Origin: Acidobacteriota bacterium
GTDB lineage: Bacteria > Acidobacteriota > UBA6911 > RPQK01 > JAJDTT01
Length of the DNA: 64,000 nucleotides
Direction: 5' to 3'
NCBI GenBank assembly: GCA_965222655.1
Contig: CBDCUP010000022.1
Coordinates: forward strand, 1,802,955 to 1,866,954
The position numbers and the translations under genes were made by a program. Each line of letters begins with the position of its first letter. Position 1 is the first letter of the stretch. The notes under the pieces were generated by a model that saw nothing but the letters and a program-made list of their open reading frames with translations, did not search any database and was not told the DNA's origin. Of the stretch, positions 12,852-23,178 are shown in pieces.

Positions 12852-15764
12852 TCAGGGCCCGCAGTCGACCACTACCTCTGCAAGGATGGGGGAATTGCCG
12901 CCGTCGGGAGAGGTCAGGATCGCCCGGTATTGCAGCCAGTCGTGATCCTCGGGGACAGCGGAGAGGGTCTGGCCGGATTCCAGATAGAAGGACTCGCCAT
13001 CCCGGGGACCCCTCCAGCGGGAGGATTCCAGATCCCGCTGGTTCGGAGCCGTCCTGACCTGGAACTTGAGCCCCGTCCCCAGAGGGGTCTCCCCCGACCA
13101 GCTCAGCCGCAGGAAACGGCTGCCAGAGGGAGCCTGGACCGGCACTGACAGGTAGTCCCATTCGGGTTTGCGGGTGTAGATGTTGCCGGCGTCTACCATG
13201 GCATCCAGGTGGACTCCGACGGTGGGCAGATGAGTGCGATCGGACCAGGAGAAACCAGTGGACGAGCCCCAGTAGATGTTGGTCCCGGCGCCGTGGTCGA
13301 AGTCGACCTGGTGGTTGGAGACGACCAGGTCCACCCAGCCATCCCGATCGAGGTCCAGGGAATCGATCGCCGAAGAGGACGACGCCCTCAGAAGACTGCG
13401 ATTCTGAGTGCCGTAGCCGCGCCCACCATCTCCCCAGTAGATGAAGGCGGGAAGGTCCCGGGTAGTGCCCGACTTGTAGTTGCTGAGAGCAATGTCCAGA
13501 TCTCCATCGTTGTCCAGGTCAGCCACCGTGGCATCCAGGCTGGTGAACCCTTCGAGCGGGGTCGGTTTCTCTGCCTGCAGTCCCTCGGGACCGCCCCAGT
13601 AGATGAGGCCCGGTCCATCCACATCCCGGTACCTGGGACTTGCACTGCTGGTGAAGATCAAGTCCAACCAGCCGTTCCGGTCCAGGTCGGCCGCGACCGC
13701 GTGGGCGGCGCCATGGGCCTCGATGAGGAGCCGATTGTCAGGCCCGTAGCCCTCGTCGCCACCCCAATAGATCTCAGAGTAGTCCGCGTAGCTCATGGGA
13801 AAGATCAAGTCCAGGTAACCGTCACGATTCAGGTCGGCGATGGCGTTGGATTCCAGCTCCTTTCGGCTGAGGTCCCACTGGGTGGTTCTGGGATTCTCGA
13901 AGCGCCCCTCTGCTCCCCAGATGATGGTGCCCCGGGCGGTGTTGCGGCCCGCTGCGGGGCCGATACTCAACAGCAGATCCAGATAGCCGTCCCGGTTCAG
14001 GTCGGCCACGCTGCTGCTGCCGGGCGGGGGGAGGTCCAGGCGAGTTCGCGAATCAGTGCTGTAACCCTGGGGACTGCCCCACCAGATGGCCGGGCCATCA
14101 CTGTGGGTCAGGAACAGGTCTGGGAAGCCGTCGTCGTCCAGATCGGCGATGCTGTGCTCCATCATGGCGCCTGGTTCCAGCAGGCTGGAGGAGGTCGTGG
14201 AGTAGCGGTGTTCGGAGTTTCCCCAGAAGATGGAGGTGGGGAGCAGGCCTCGGCGGCCGCTGTGGTGGCTCACCAGAAGGATATCCAGGTATCCGTCGGC
14301 GTCCAGGTCGGAGACACCGGATCCGATGACACCAAATCCGCTGAGGAGACTGCGCCGGTGTTTCGAGAAGCCCTGGGCGCTGCTCCAGTAGATGTAGGAA
14401 GGGGCGTCGCTGCCCCGATCGTCGCGACTGTTTCCGAAGAGCAGGTCGGGGAGACCATCCCGGTTCAAGTCGGCAGCCTGTACGGTGGTCGCGGCGAGGG
14501 TAGGTAGACGCGTCCTGTCCGCTGGCGAGAAGCCGTGTGGAGATGCCCAGAAAATGTCAGATGGCGGCGGCGGGCCGGAGCGTCTCCCCTCATTTGCGAA
14601 TACCAGATCGGCTCGACCGTCCCCATTGAGATCAGCCACAGCCAACCCCTTGCAGGACTCCGCGGGAAGGCGGAGCGCGCGGTCCAGGCGCAACCCGTCG
14701 GGTGAGCCGTAGAGCACGACACCGCTGTGCGAGCCGGCGGCCACCAGATCGGAGAACCCATCGCCGTCCAGGTCGGAGGCCAACAGGGTGGTCATGCCGC
14801 TGGGGAAACCCCTTTGTGTCTTCTCCTCGGGCTGCAGCAACAGATCCTGGCGCTCCAGGACCAGGCGTCTCTGCGGAGTGTAGCTGTCGCTTCCATCGCC
14901 CCAGTAGACGAAACAGCTCTGAACCTGGCTGTCGTTGTTGGCGAAGGCCAGATCCAGGTTTCCGTCTCCGTTGAAGTCTCCGATGGCCACGTCCTCGGCA
15001 CTGATGCTGGGGATCGAGCTCCGGCTATTGGGGTCGAATCCCCGCACATTCCCCCAGTAGACGTAGGACTCCAGGTGGAGTCGTAGTCCCAGGCTTTCTC
15101 CCAGCTCATCCCCTCGGTTGGCCAGGACCACATCCAAGTGGCCGTCCCGATTGAGGTCTCCCACCGCCACGCCGCCGGCTCTGAGGGCGGGCAGCTCGAG
15201 CCGCTTCGTGGGGCTGAAGCCGGCGGATCCGCCCCAATAGATGTAGGCATTCTGATCGGGACGATAGTTGTGCATGAAGTTGGTGAAGACGATGTCCTGG
15301 TATCCGTCTCCATTGAGATCGGCAATCCGACTCCGCCCTCCCCCCTGGCTGGGCAGGCGGGTGATCCTGGAGGCGGCACTCTCCAGTGCCTTCAGGATGG
15401 AGAAGGGTGCCCGCAGCTCCCAGCCGTCGGGGAGCAGGGACTGATAACCCCCAGGACCTCCCCAGTAGATGAGAGAGTCGGGATTGTAGACGCTGTCATG
15501 ATCCTGGGTGAAAACCAGGTCCAGCTCAGCGTCCAGGTTCAGATCCCAGCGGTTGATGGTCTGGAGTCTTCCGCCGCGGGAGACGTACAAGTTGGCTCCC
15601 GAGTCTCCGGCGCGGCCCAGGGACAGGTCGTCGAAGCCGCGGTGACGGATCTGACTGGAGCCAGCCTGGATGGAGAGCGCTGCAACCCACAGCATGGCGC
15701 TCGACACCAGGACCAACCTCAAGCGGGAACTTCTGGGAGAGTCATGGCTGGCTAAAGGATTCAT
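12852..15764 (-). CDS. FG-GAP/VCBS repeat (ASPIC/UnbV-like) secreted protein
   Basis: 970 aa with signal peptide. Many DxNxDGxxD repeats (DLNGDGYQDIV, DFNGDGNLDL, DLDGDGFSDL, DLNGDGRADLV, DLNRDGLPDL...). Confidence 0.75.
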   Translation of the reverse strand: MNPLASHDSPRSSRLRLVLVSSAMLWVAALSIQAGSSQIRHRGFDDLSLGRAGDSGANLYVSRGGRLQTINRWDLNLDAELDLVFTQDHDSVYNPDSLIYWGGPGGYQSLLPDGWELRAPFSILKALESAASRITRLPSQGGGRSRIADLNGDGYQDIVFTNFMHNYRPDQNAYIYWGGSAGFSPTKRLELPALRAGGVAVGDLNRDGHLDVVLANRGDELGESLGLRLHLESYVYWGNVRGFDPNSRSSIPSISAEDVAIGDFNGDGNLDLAFANNDSQVQSCFVYWGDGSDSYTPQRRLVLERQDLLLQPEEKTQRGFPSGMTTLLASDLDGDGFSDLVAAGSHSGVVLYGSPDGLRLDRALRLPAESCKGLAVADLNGDGRADLVFANEGRRSGPPPPSDIFWASPHGFSPADRTRLPTLAATTVQAADLNRDGLPDLLFGNSRDDRGSDAPSYIYWSSAQGFSKHRRSLLSGFGVIGSGVSDLDADGYLDILLVSHHSGRRGLLPTSIFWGNSEHRYSTTSSSLLEPGAMMEHSIADLDDDGFPDLFLTHSDGPAIWWGSPQGYSTDSRTRLDLPPPGSSSVADLNRDGYLDLLLSIGPAAGRNTARGTIIWGAEGRFENPRTTQWDLSRKELESNAIADLNRDGYLDLIFPMSYADYSEIYWGGDEGYGPDNRLLIEAHGAAHAVAADLDRNGWLDLIFTSSASPRYRDVDGPGLIYWGGPEGLQAEKPTPLEGFTSLDATVADLDNDGDLDIALSNYKSGTTRDLPAFIYWGDGGRGYGTQNRSLLRASSSSAIDSLDLDRDGWVDLVVSNHQVDFDHGAGTNIYWGSSTGFSWSDRTHLPTVGVHLDAMVDAGNIYTRKPEWDYLSVPVQAPSGSRFLRLSWSGETPLGTGLKFQVRTAPNQRDLESSRWRGPRDGESFYLESGQTLSAVPEDHDWLQYRAILTSPDGGNSPILAEVVVDCGP

Positions 15765-15849
15765 GTCCTACTTTCTACCAGATCCGAATGGGGTAGGAAA
15801 CCGCAGGCTCTGGAAACTGCGACGTTCAAAGGTTCCGACGAGTCGTTCG

Positions 15850-16410
15850 AGTTTCAGCTTAGTGTCCCCCAGGAAGCCCTGGCCCCATTCGAGAAAGAAA
15901 CTTCGGTTGTCCCTAGCCACGAGCATCGATAGCAGCGTGTCCGTTGTAGGACGGGCACTCCTGCCCGTCGAGGACACCGACGGGCAGGAGTGCCCATCCT
16001 ACGAAGATCACGGCCTGTGTCAACTGGAGGCTCTTGAATGATCTTCTCGTCAATGAAGTTTCAGCTTAGTCCCGCCCCCACCGAGTTGGCCCCATTCGAG
16101 AAAGAAATTTCCGCCATTTCTAGCTACGAACATCGAGAGCTGAGTGACGCTTGTAGGACGGGCACTCCTGCCCGTCGAGGACACCGACGGGCAAGAGTGC
16201 CCGTCCTACAGGTCACTGCTCTTTCAGATGCTGTTTCCTACACCTTCTGCAAATGAAGTTTCAGCTTAGTGTCCCTCCGTGGCGCTGCCCCATTTCAAGA
16301 AAAAGACTTCAGTCGAGGGACGTGGGGGTGGCCTCCAGGCCGCCGTATTCCTTCCGTCGAGCCTTTGGCTCGAAAAACGGCGGCCTGGAGGCCACCCCCA
16401 CCGTCTTCAG
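15850..16410 (+). repeat. Tandem array of three ~200-bp hairpin-core MITE/REP-like units delimited by 'aatgaagtttcagcttag'
   Basis: Unit ends at 15850-15862, 16052-16069 and 16251-16269. Cores: gtaggacgggcactcctgcccgtcg palindrome (15956-16002 and 16153-16209) and gtgggggtggcctccaggccgccg palindrome (16322-16400). Confidence 0.8.
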
Positions 16411-16432
16411 ACAATTGTTTGAGAAATGCGGG

Positions 16433-18058
16433 CTAGAGGCTTTCCTTTTTACCTGGGTACACGACTCCACTCTCTCCCCGAGGATCGGACCCTCCGTCAA
16501 GCTTGCCATCCTCCCCCAGGATCACCAATTGGGCCAGGGCGCGCCTGGGGGCGAGGGAAGCCGGGTCCTGGACCACGGTAAAACCCTTCTCTCGCAGCGC
16601 CTCGCAGGTGTCCGATCGGGTGCGAGCCTCGCACCAGATCGTGGTGCCTTCGGCATGGATTCTAGGGGCCGAGACCGCCTCCACTGCAGTCATCCCGAAC
16701 TCCACCACATTGGTAAAGACCTGGGCCAACGCGCTCAGAATGGCATTTCCCCCGGGCGCACCCAGGATCAGGGCCGGCTTCTTCTCCTTGAAGACGATCG
16801 TCGGCATCATCAGGTGCATCCGCGCCTTTCCCGGCGCCAGCGAGCTGGCATGGCCCGGACGCGGGTCGAACCGGTTCATCGCGTTGTTGTAGATGAATCC
16901 CAGCCCCGCGGTGATCACCCCGGAGAACCCTCCCAGGCTGTGGGTGATAGCGGCTACATTTCCATCCTGATCCACTACGGTCAGGTGAGTGGTGTCCGGC
17001 TCAGCATAGGCTGGAGCTGTTCCCCCGACCACACCCTGGAGCACGGCTTGCCGGAGCTGCTGGGCTCGCTTCCTGGATGTCAGCACCCTCCCCGGAGCTT
17101 CCCCAACGACTTCGGGGTCTCCCAGGAAATCGCGCCGGTCCTGGTTCACCAGCTGCAGCGTCGCTCCAACATAGCTCAGGTACTCGACGCCCCCGTGTTC
17201 CAGCCTCGCCAGATCCAGACCCTCGAGAACATTGAGGGCTTCTTGAAGCAGATAGCCCGCGCCCGGAGGCCGGTTGGAGAACACCTCGAAGCTCCGGTAT
17301 CCGGATGACGTCGGAGCATACGAGCGCGTCTCATAAGATCGGAGGTCTTCTCGGGTCACGAAAGCCCCGTTCTTCTCCAGGTCCTGGGCGATCGTCCGGC
17401 CGAGCTCGCCCTGATAGAAATCTTCGGGACCGTGGGTCGCAAGCCGTTCCAGGGTATTGGCGTAGTCCGGATTGCGGATGATGGCGCCTTGCGTGAAAGG
17501 AGATCCATCTGGCTGGAGATAGATACGGGTACAGTCCGGGGTGGCCTGTATCCGGGTGACCGTGTCCGGTTCGATCTGCTCATCCCGCCTTGCATACAGG
17601 CTCTCCAATTGAGGTGTGACAGGGAAGCCTTCACGCGCGATGCCACAGGCAGGCTGAAGTAGGTCTGCCCAGGGCAGTGAACAATGGCGTCGATGGATTT
17701 CGGCCAGACCAGCCACGGTAGCGGGCGTGCAGATAGAAGTATATCCCATCGTGCTGCGGTGGCCCTCGAACAAGCTGCTCCCGCTCAGATCGGCCTCGCC
17801 AAGATAGTCCGGAGCCCACATTCCTGGGCTTACCAGGGAGCCGGCACGAACGCATCCATCGATGATCCGATGCTCTCTTTCTGCGGGAGCCCATAGGTGG
17901 GCGGAGATCATACCGCCGAGACCGCAGCTGAAAGGGCTCACGATCATCTGCACAAACGCCGTAGCGACGGCAGCATCGAATGCGTTGCCTCCTGCTTCCA
18001 GTACCTTGGCCCCTGCTTCGGCAGCACGGGGGTGCACACAGGTCACGATACCTCTCAT
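16433..18058 (-). CDS. ggt: Gamma-glutamyltransferase family protein
   Basis: ORF 16433..18118, likely start MRGIVTCVH. Thr nucleophile context ...AEPDTTHLTVVDQDGNVAAITHSLGGFSG.... No signal peptide. Confidence 0.8.
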   Translation of the reverse strand: MRGIVTCVHPRAAEAGAKVLEAGGNAFDAAVATAFVQMIVSPFSCGLGGMISAHLWAPAEREHRIIDGCVRAGSLVSPGMWAPDYLGEADLSGSSLFEGHRSTMGYTSICTPATVAGLAEIHRRHCSLPWADLLQPACGIAREGFPVTPQLESLYARRDEQIEPDTVTRIQATPDCTRIYLQPDGSPFTQGAIIRNPDYANTLERLATHGPEDFYQGELGRTIAQDLEKNGAFVTREDLRSYETRSYAPTSSGYRSFEVFSNRPPGAGYLLQEALNVLEGLDLARLEHGGVEYLSYVGATLQLVNQDRRDFLGDPEVVGEAPGRVLTSRKRAQQLRQAVLQGVVGGTAPAYAEPDTTHLTVVDQDGNVAAITHSLGGFSGVITAGLGFIYNNAMNRFDPRPGHASSLAPGKARMHLMMPTIVFKEKKPALILGAPGGNAILSALAQVFTNVVEFGMTAVEAVSAPRIHAEGTTIWCEARTRSDTCEALREKGFTVVQDPASLAPRRALAQLVILGEDGKLDGGSDPRGESGVVYPGKKESL

Positions 18059-18244
18059 CAATCTCCTCCTGATCCTCAGACGGAAAGGAACCCTTCGATT
18101 TGCCCTCGGCGGGCACAAAGAGAAACCTATTCACGCTTTCGAGGAACTGAGCGTCTCAACGCGAGCGGTCCATAGAGTTGCTGAAGCCGTTAATAGTCAC
18201 AATACTGCGAGCATTTGGCCCCGTGCGCCGACCGTGTCTTGCTC

Positions 18245-19573
18245 TTACATCAATCGCTGTCGTTCCTCAGCGACCTGCGACTCGTTCTTCAAGCTCGTGG
18301 ACAACGCCTCAACCCGGTAGAGCCCCGCCATCGTCAAGATATAGAGACGTCCGTCTGCCCCGAATTGCAAATCCACAATACCCGTCAGCCCTTCCAGAAA
18401 CGTACCGATGCCGACGGCCGTGTGCCGTGTGCGTTTGTCCAGGGTGAACTGTCTGACTCGCTCCGAGCCGTATTCGCCCACCAGGACTCGTCCCGCCATA
18501 CCCTGACCGTATCTATCGTCGACGAGGACCTGGACGGCGGTAGGTACTGAGTTTTGCTCGAAGCTTTCCCTCAGGGGTGGTCGAAAGCGTTTCCCCAGCC
18601 ACCACGCAGCCCAGCGTTCATACCACTCGTCGACCGTACCCCAGATGAGGGGCCAGCCCAGATTTTCGCCGGGAAGCGCCTTTGTCAGACTGTCATGGCC
18701 CTTCGGACCGTTGTCACTGACCGACAGGCCGCCGTCGACGGGGTCGAAAGCGAAGCCAAACGAATTTCGTATGCCGTAGATATAGATCGGGTTGTCGAGA
18801 CCAAGGGGGTTATCTGATGGGATGCTGCCGTCGTCGTTGTAGCGCAGGATCTTGCCACGAGGATTGCCTGAAAGCTGACTCATGAGGTTGGCGTTCTTGT
18901 TGAGCTCCCCCAGGCTGACATAGAGCTTGCCGTCCGGTCCGAACAGGATGCAACCCTCGTTGTGGAGGGGTCCTGGACGCGCCGGCAAACTGATGAGTAT
19001 TTCGGGTGGTGCCTCGGCAGCCTCGTCATGCAGACGGAAACGTGCCACACGGATATCACATTCCCCGTCGCGCTCGGTACTGTCCTGGCCGGATGCGTTG
19101 GCCACATACATGATATAAACGTAGCCATTGCGCTCAAAATCGGGGTGGGTGGCAATGCCCAATAGGCCCCTTTCCCCGGCATGATTGACGGCGACATCCA
19201 CTACCGGCAGGTCCTGAAGTGTAAACGTCGCATCGAGGAGGCGCACTTGTCCGGAATGTTTTTCCGTAAACAGGAAACGGCCGCCGGGAAGAAACGCCAT
19301 TTTGACAGCCGCTACGAAGCCGTCCGCCAGTATCTCGAGGCGGACCTGCGGAGCAGTCAGCGGTGCTGGCGCTGGTTCCGTCTCAGAGGTGCCACAGCCG
19401 ACGCCACTCAAGATCAGCAACAGCAGACAACCCTTCGCGACGACCCCTAAAGCAGGTAGATCCGCCTTCGGAAGAGTAGCGACTCCTCCGCAACAGGAAG
19501 CATCGTCTCGGCGATCCACGCTTCTGTCTGACTGGACGAAGTCGCTGCCACCCCAGTCGCCCCGGATATTCAC
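18245..19573 (-). CDS. Soluble PQQ-dependent aldose sugar dehydrogenase (glucose/sorbosone dehydrogenase family) lipoprotein
   Basis: ERGLLGIATHPDFERNGYVYIMY motif of the GSDH beta-propeller family. Lipoprotein-like LLLILSGVGCGT. Confidence 0.7.
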   Translation of the reverse strand: MNIRGDWGGSDFVQSDRSVDRRDDASCCGGVATLPKADLPALGVVAKGCLLLLILSGVGCGTSETEPAPAPLTAPQVRLEILADGFVAAVKMAFLPGGRFLFTEKHSGQVRLLDATFTLQDLPVVDVAVNHAGERGLLGIATHPDFERNGYVYIMYVANASGQDSTERDGECDIRVARFRLHDEAAEAPPEILISLPARPGPLHNEGCILFGPDGKLYVSLGELNKNANLMSQLSGNPRGKILRYNDDGSIPSDNPLGLDNPIYIYGIRNSFGFAFDPVDGGLSVSDNGPKGHDSLTKALPGENLGWPLIWGTVDEWYERWAAWWLGKRFRPPLRESFEQNSVPTAVQVLVDDRYGQGMAGRVLVGEYGSERVRQFTLDKRTRHTAVGIGTFLEGLTGIVDLQFGADGRLYILTMAGLYRVEALSTSLKNESQVAEERQRLM

Positions 19574-20097
19574 GGGACGCGTATCCGCCAGGAGGAGAGC
19601 GCATTCTTCTGGAAGGGGATGTTTTCGGGCGACACTCAGTTCCTGAGCTTAACGGAGCCGGTCGAACAACTCAATCTGCGGCCGTATGGGGCCAAACTCG
19701 ACTGAATTCTCGCGCCGGGCTGCTCCAGTCCCTCACCGCCGTCATCGCCAACTGGACGAAGGCATTGCGCTCGTCACTGCCGCCTTCGCGATGAACCAGG
19801 AAGACCCCAATGATGTCCTTCTTGGGGTCAATGAAACAAAACGTGCCGTAGCGGCCGCCATGGCCATATGTCCCTAGCGACGGCAGTCCCAGGGCCCCCA
19901 GATCGCGAACAACTGACCAACCCAGCCCCCGATCACTTTAGTAGGAGACCTCTTTCCCACCGTCTCTGCCTTTGTCCGGGCGCAGACTATTCCTATTTCT
20001 TCAATACGTTCCGCGCGTCCTCATCGGAAATAACTATTGGAAATACTCCTCCTCAGTTCAGTAAGGTGAGACGCTGATTGGAGTAAGGAGGATCCCG

Positions 20098-21147
20098 ATG
20101 GGCTCAGTAGCTGTTCGCAACCTGTCTTGTGTGACATTGATTTTCTTGTTGGGGACTATTTCTACCTCAATTCCCACCGAAGGCTCCGAACTCTTTGGCG
20201 GAAAAGAGAAAAGAGACCAGCTTCGCACGCGGACGTTCCAGTTGACTCTTCAGGCCACAATTGCCGAGGCCCCACACGGGACAAAACGGCTGGAGGCGTG
20301 GCTCCCTTATCCCAAGTCTGATGAAAACCAGGAAATATTTGATATACAAGTGGATAGTCCGGCCAGGGCAGCTGTGTATATAGAACCAGTTTACGAGAAC
20401 TCTATTCTCCACCTGTCCATTGATGACCTCCAATCGCCTCCCTTCCACATTCAGCTGAAATTCAAAGTACGACGCCGTGAGTATTTGCGAAAGGATTTCC
20501 AGCAGACCGAAAGAGACGGTCCCGTCTCCTGGGATCCGGAGCTGGCGAAGTTTCTGATGCCGCAAAGACTGGTGCCAATCACCGATGAGATTCGAAAATG
20601 GGCTCAGGAGGTCACGCTTGGGAAGAGCACCGACCAGGAAAAGGCTCGAGCGATTTATGATTACGCAATAGCCATTTTGAAATATGACAAGAGTGGTCAG
20701 GGATGGGGTCGAGGGGACCTTCTCTATGCCTGCGACGAGAGGCGGGGAAACTGCACCGACTTCCATGCGCTTTTCACCGGTTTCTGCAGAGCCGTGGGAA
20801 TACCCGCCCGCTTTTCCATTGGCCTGCCTCTTCCTTCAAAGCGGGGGCAGGGGGAGATTTTTGGCTATCACTGCTGGGCCGAATTCTATTTGAGAGGATA
20901 TGGCTGGGTGCCGATTGACGCCAGTGAGGCCTGGAAACATCTTGAAAAAAGAGACTACTTTTTCGGCGGTCACGATGAGAACCGCGTCCAGTTCTCTGTG
21001 GGCCGTGACATTGTGCTGCGACCGCGGCAACAGGGCAGTCCGCTCAACTATTTCGTTTATCCCTATGTCGAAGCGGACGGCAAACGCCTCCAGGACTCCG
21101 TAGATTACAAGTTCTATTTCAAAGATATCCCGAACACTACCGGATAG
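20098..21147 (+). CDS. Secreted transglutaminase-like cysteine protease superfamily protein
   Basis: Cys-His-Asp core RGNCTDFHALF...GYHCWAEFYL...WVPIDAS. Signal peptide. RBS aaggagg upstream. Locally lower GC. Confidence 0.7.
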   Translation: MGSVAVRNLSCVTLIFLLGTISTSIPTEGSELFGGKEKRDQLRTRTFQLTLQATIAEAPHGTKRLEAWLPYPKSDENQEIFDIQVDSPARAAVYIEPVYENSILHLSIDDLQSPPFHIQLKFKVRRREYLRKDFQQTERDGPVSWDPELAKFLMPQRLVPITDEIRKWAQEVTLGKSTDQEKARAIYDYAIAILKYDKSGQGWGRGDLLYACDERRGNCTDFHALFTGFCRAVGIPARFSIGLPLPSKRGQGEIFGYHCWAEFYLRGYGWVPIDASEAWKHLEKRDYFFGGHDENRVQFSVGRDIVLRPRQQGSPLNYFVYPYVEADGKRLQDSVDYKFYFKDIPNTTG

Positions 21148-21609
21148 CCAAGACGCGGCTGAGCGCGCGCCTACTGGTGCATTCTGCTAGCTTTGCGGAC
21201 GAGATCGGTGAAAGCCGAGCTCAGACGAGCGGCGGACGTAGCCAGAAAGAACTCGTACTCCGGTCCTGATCGTCGCGCAGATCGCCTCTCCCAAGAAAAG
21301 CAGGAACGGTCCCACCCGGTCTGGATTTGACGTCAGGCGTCTTCGGTTACAATGGCCAAGGGGTCTTCGCCGAATTGGCCGAATCGTCAGCCCTCTGAAG
21401 CGAGTTCAGTTCAGATGCAAGGTCAACAGCAGTATCCGGAACCGACCCCCCTCGATGGATTCGTAACACCAGGCGGGAGTTATGTCGCGGAAATCCCTGG
21501 ATGATGCCGCCGAGACGATGAAGGTCACGGTGGACACGAAAAACCGCTCCGGCCCGCGCCTCACGAGCCTGCAACTCCGAGCCAAGACCCAGACCGACTG
21601 AAGGGCTCC

Positions 21610-23178
21610 ATGTCTTCATTTGGCCGCTTTCCTGCAGGCCCGGATACAACCCCTCCCACCTCCATCAGCCCGCGAGAGAAATGGCTGACCACGTTCACGG
21701 TGCTGTTCGGAGCCGCCATGGTAACGACGGACATGAGCATCGTCAACGTGGCGCTTCCCCATCTGATGGGGGCCTTCGGGGAGACACAGTCGGCAATTAC
21801 CTGGGTTGCAACGAGCTATATCCTCGCCGCCGTGGTCTCCTTGACCCTGGCCGGCTGGCTCTGCACGGCCTTCGGACGTAAGCGGGTCTACCTGGTCAGT
21901 TTCCTCGTCTTCATCGCAGCCTCGGGTCTGGCAGGTGCGGCTCAGAGCTTCCCCCAGATGATCTTCAGCCGGACGCTCCAGGGCATCGGCGGCGGAGCCC
22001 TGTTTCCCATCAGCATGGCAATCGTGCGGGAGAGCTTCTCGCCTCGGGAACGGCCCATGGCCATGGCCCTCTATGGAATGGCCATCATGCTCGGAACCGG
22101 AGCGGCGCCGGTGCTGGGAGGCTGGATCGTCGAAAACTATGGCTGGCCCTGGATCTTCTACATCAATCTGCCCACAGGGATCCTGGGAATCTATTTGGTC
22201 AGGACCTACATCAAGGATCCCATCTACCTGAAGCGCGGACTGGAGCGAATCGACTGGGTGGGCATCCTCCTGCTGGCGGTGGGCCTTACCGCCACCCAGG
22301 TCGTCTTGGAGAGAGGGCAGGAAAATGACTGGTTCGAATCGAGGTACATTGCGATGGGGGCCTTGCTGGGAACGGTGGCGCTACTGACGCTGATTTTCCA
22401 GCAACTTCGCTCACCCGAGCCGGTGATCAACCTGCGTCTCCTGAGCGACAGTACCCTCGCCGCCGGGTGCCTCATCGGCGTGACCGTGGGAATGACCTAC
22501 TACGGACTGACCTTTATGCTCCCTCAGTTCACGCAGAATCTGCTGGGCTATCCTCCTCTGCAATCGGGAATCGCTCTGCTACCGAGGGTCGCCGCGCACA
22601 TCATGGTCATGCCGGTAGCGGGTTGGTTGTACCATCGGATCGGACCCGTGACCTCTTCGATACTGGGATTATTGATCCAGGTCTGGAGCTTCCGCCAGCT
22701 ATCCCAACTCTCCTTGGAGGCAGGACTGTCGACCCTGGCTCCCATCCTGATGCTGACGGGTATGGGCCTTCCCTTCATCCACGTCGCCGTCTCCACGGCG
22801 ACCTTCGACCGGACCCGGCAGCAGGACATGACGGAAGCCTCCAGTCTGTTCAGCCTCTCCTACCATTTGGGAGCGAACCTGGCTTATGCGGTGATATCGA
22901 CGGTGGTGGCCAGGCGTACCCTCTTTCACCGCCTCAGCCTGGTATCTCAGATCAGCCTCTTCAACACAGCCTACCTGGAAACCAGTCAGACGCTACAGGA
23001 ACAGATGACCGACTCCCTGTCGGGCCTGGCCGAAGAAAAAGCCTTGGCGCTCACTGACTCCCTGGTCAACATCCAGTCCTCGGCGCTCGCCTACAACGAC
23101 GTCGCCTTGCTGCTGTCGCTCATCACGCTGGCGGCTGTGCCCTTCTGCCTGCTGCTGAGACGACGAGAGAAATCCTAA
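21610..23178 (+). CDS. MFS transporter, DHA2 (EmrB/QacA 14-TMS) drug:H+ antiporter family
   Basis: 522 aa, 14 hydrophobic segments, MFS signature region GRKRVYLVSFLVFIAAS. Confidence 0.75.
   Translation: MSSFGRFPAGPDTTPPTSISPREKWLTTFTVLFGAAMVTTDMSIVNVALPHLMGAFGETQSAITWVATSYILAAVVSLTLAGWLCTAFGRKRVYLVSFLVFIAASGLAGAAQSFPQMIFSRTLQGIGGGALFPISMAIVRESFSPRERPMAMALYGMAIMLGTGAAPVLGGWIVENYGWPWIFYINLPTGILGIYLVRTYIKDPIYLKRGLERIDWVGILLLAVGLTATQVVLERGQENDWFESRYIAMGALLGTVALLTLIFQQLRSPEPVINLRLLSDSTLAAGCLIGVTVGMTYYGLTFMLPQFTQNLLGYPPLQSGIALLPRVAAHIMVMPVAGWLYHRIGPVTSSILGLLIQVWSFRQLSQLSLEAGLSTLAPILMLTGMGLPFIHVAVSTATFDRTRQQDMTEASSLFSLSYHLGANLAYAVISTVVARRTLFHRLSLVSQISLFNTAYLETSQTLQEQMTDSLSGLAEEKALALTDSLVNIQSSALAYNDVALLLSLITLAAVPFCLLLRRREKS

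Noticed and set aside
13209-14507. 432-aa ORF on the plus strand
   Set aside because: It lies entirely antisense to the FG-GAP repeat gene in a high-GC region. It has no recognisable motif and is a typical GC-driven shadow ORF.
15850-16410. Possible CRISPR array
   Set aside because: The repeat period is about 200 bp. The units are long palindromic elements with conserved ends, not 25-40 bp repeats with unique spacers. No cas genes are present.
16253-17308. 351-aa plus-strand ORF
   Set aside because: It starts inside a repeat unit and runs antisense through the gamma-glutamyltransferase gene.
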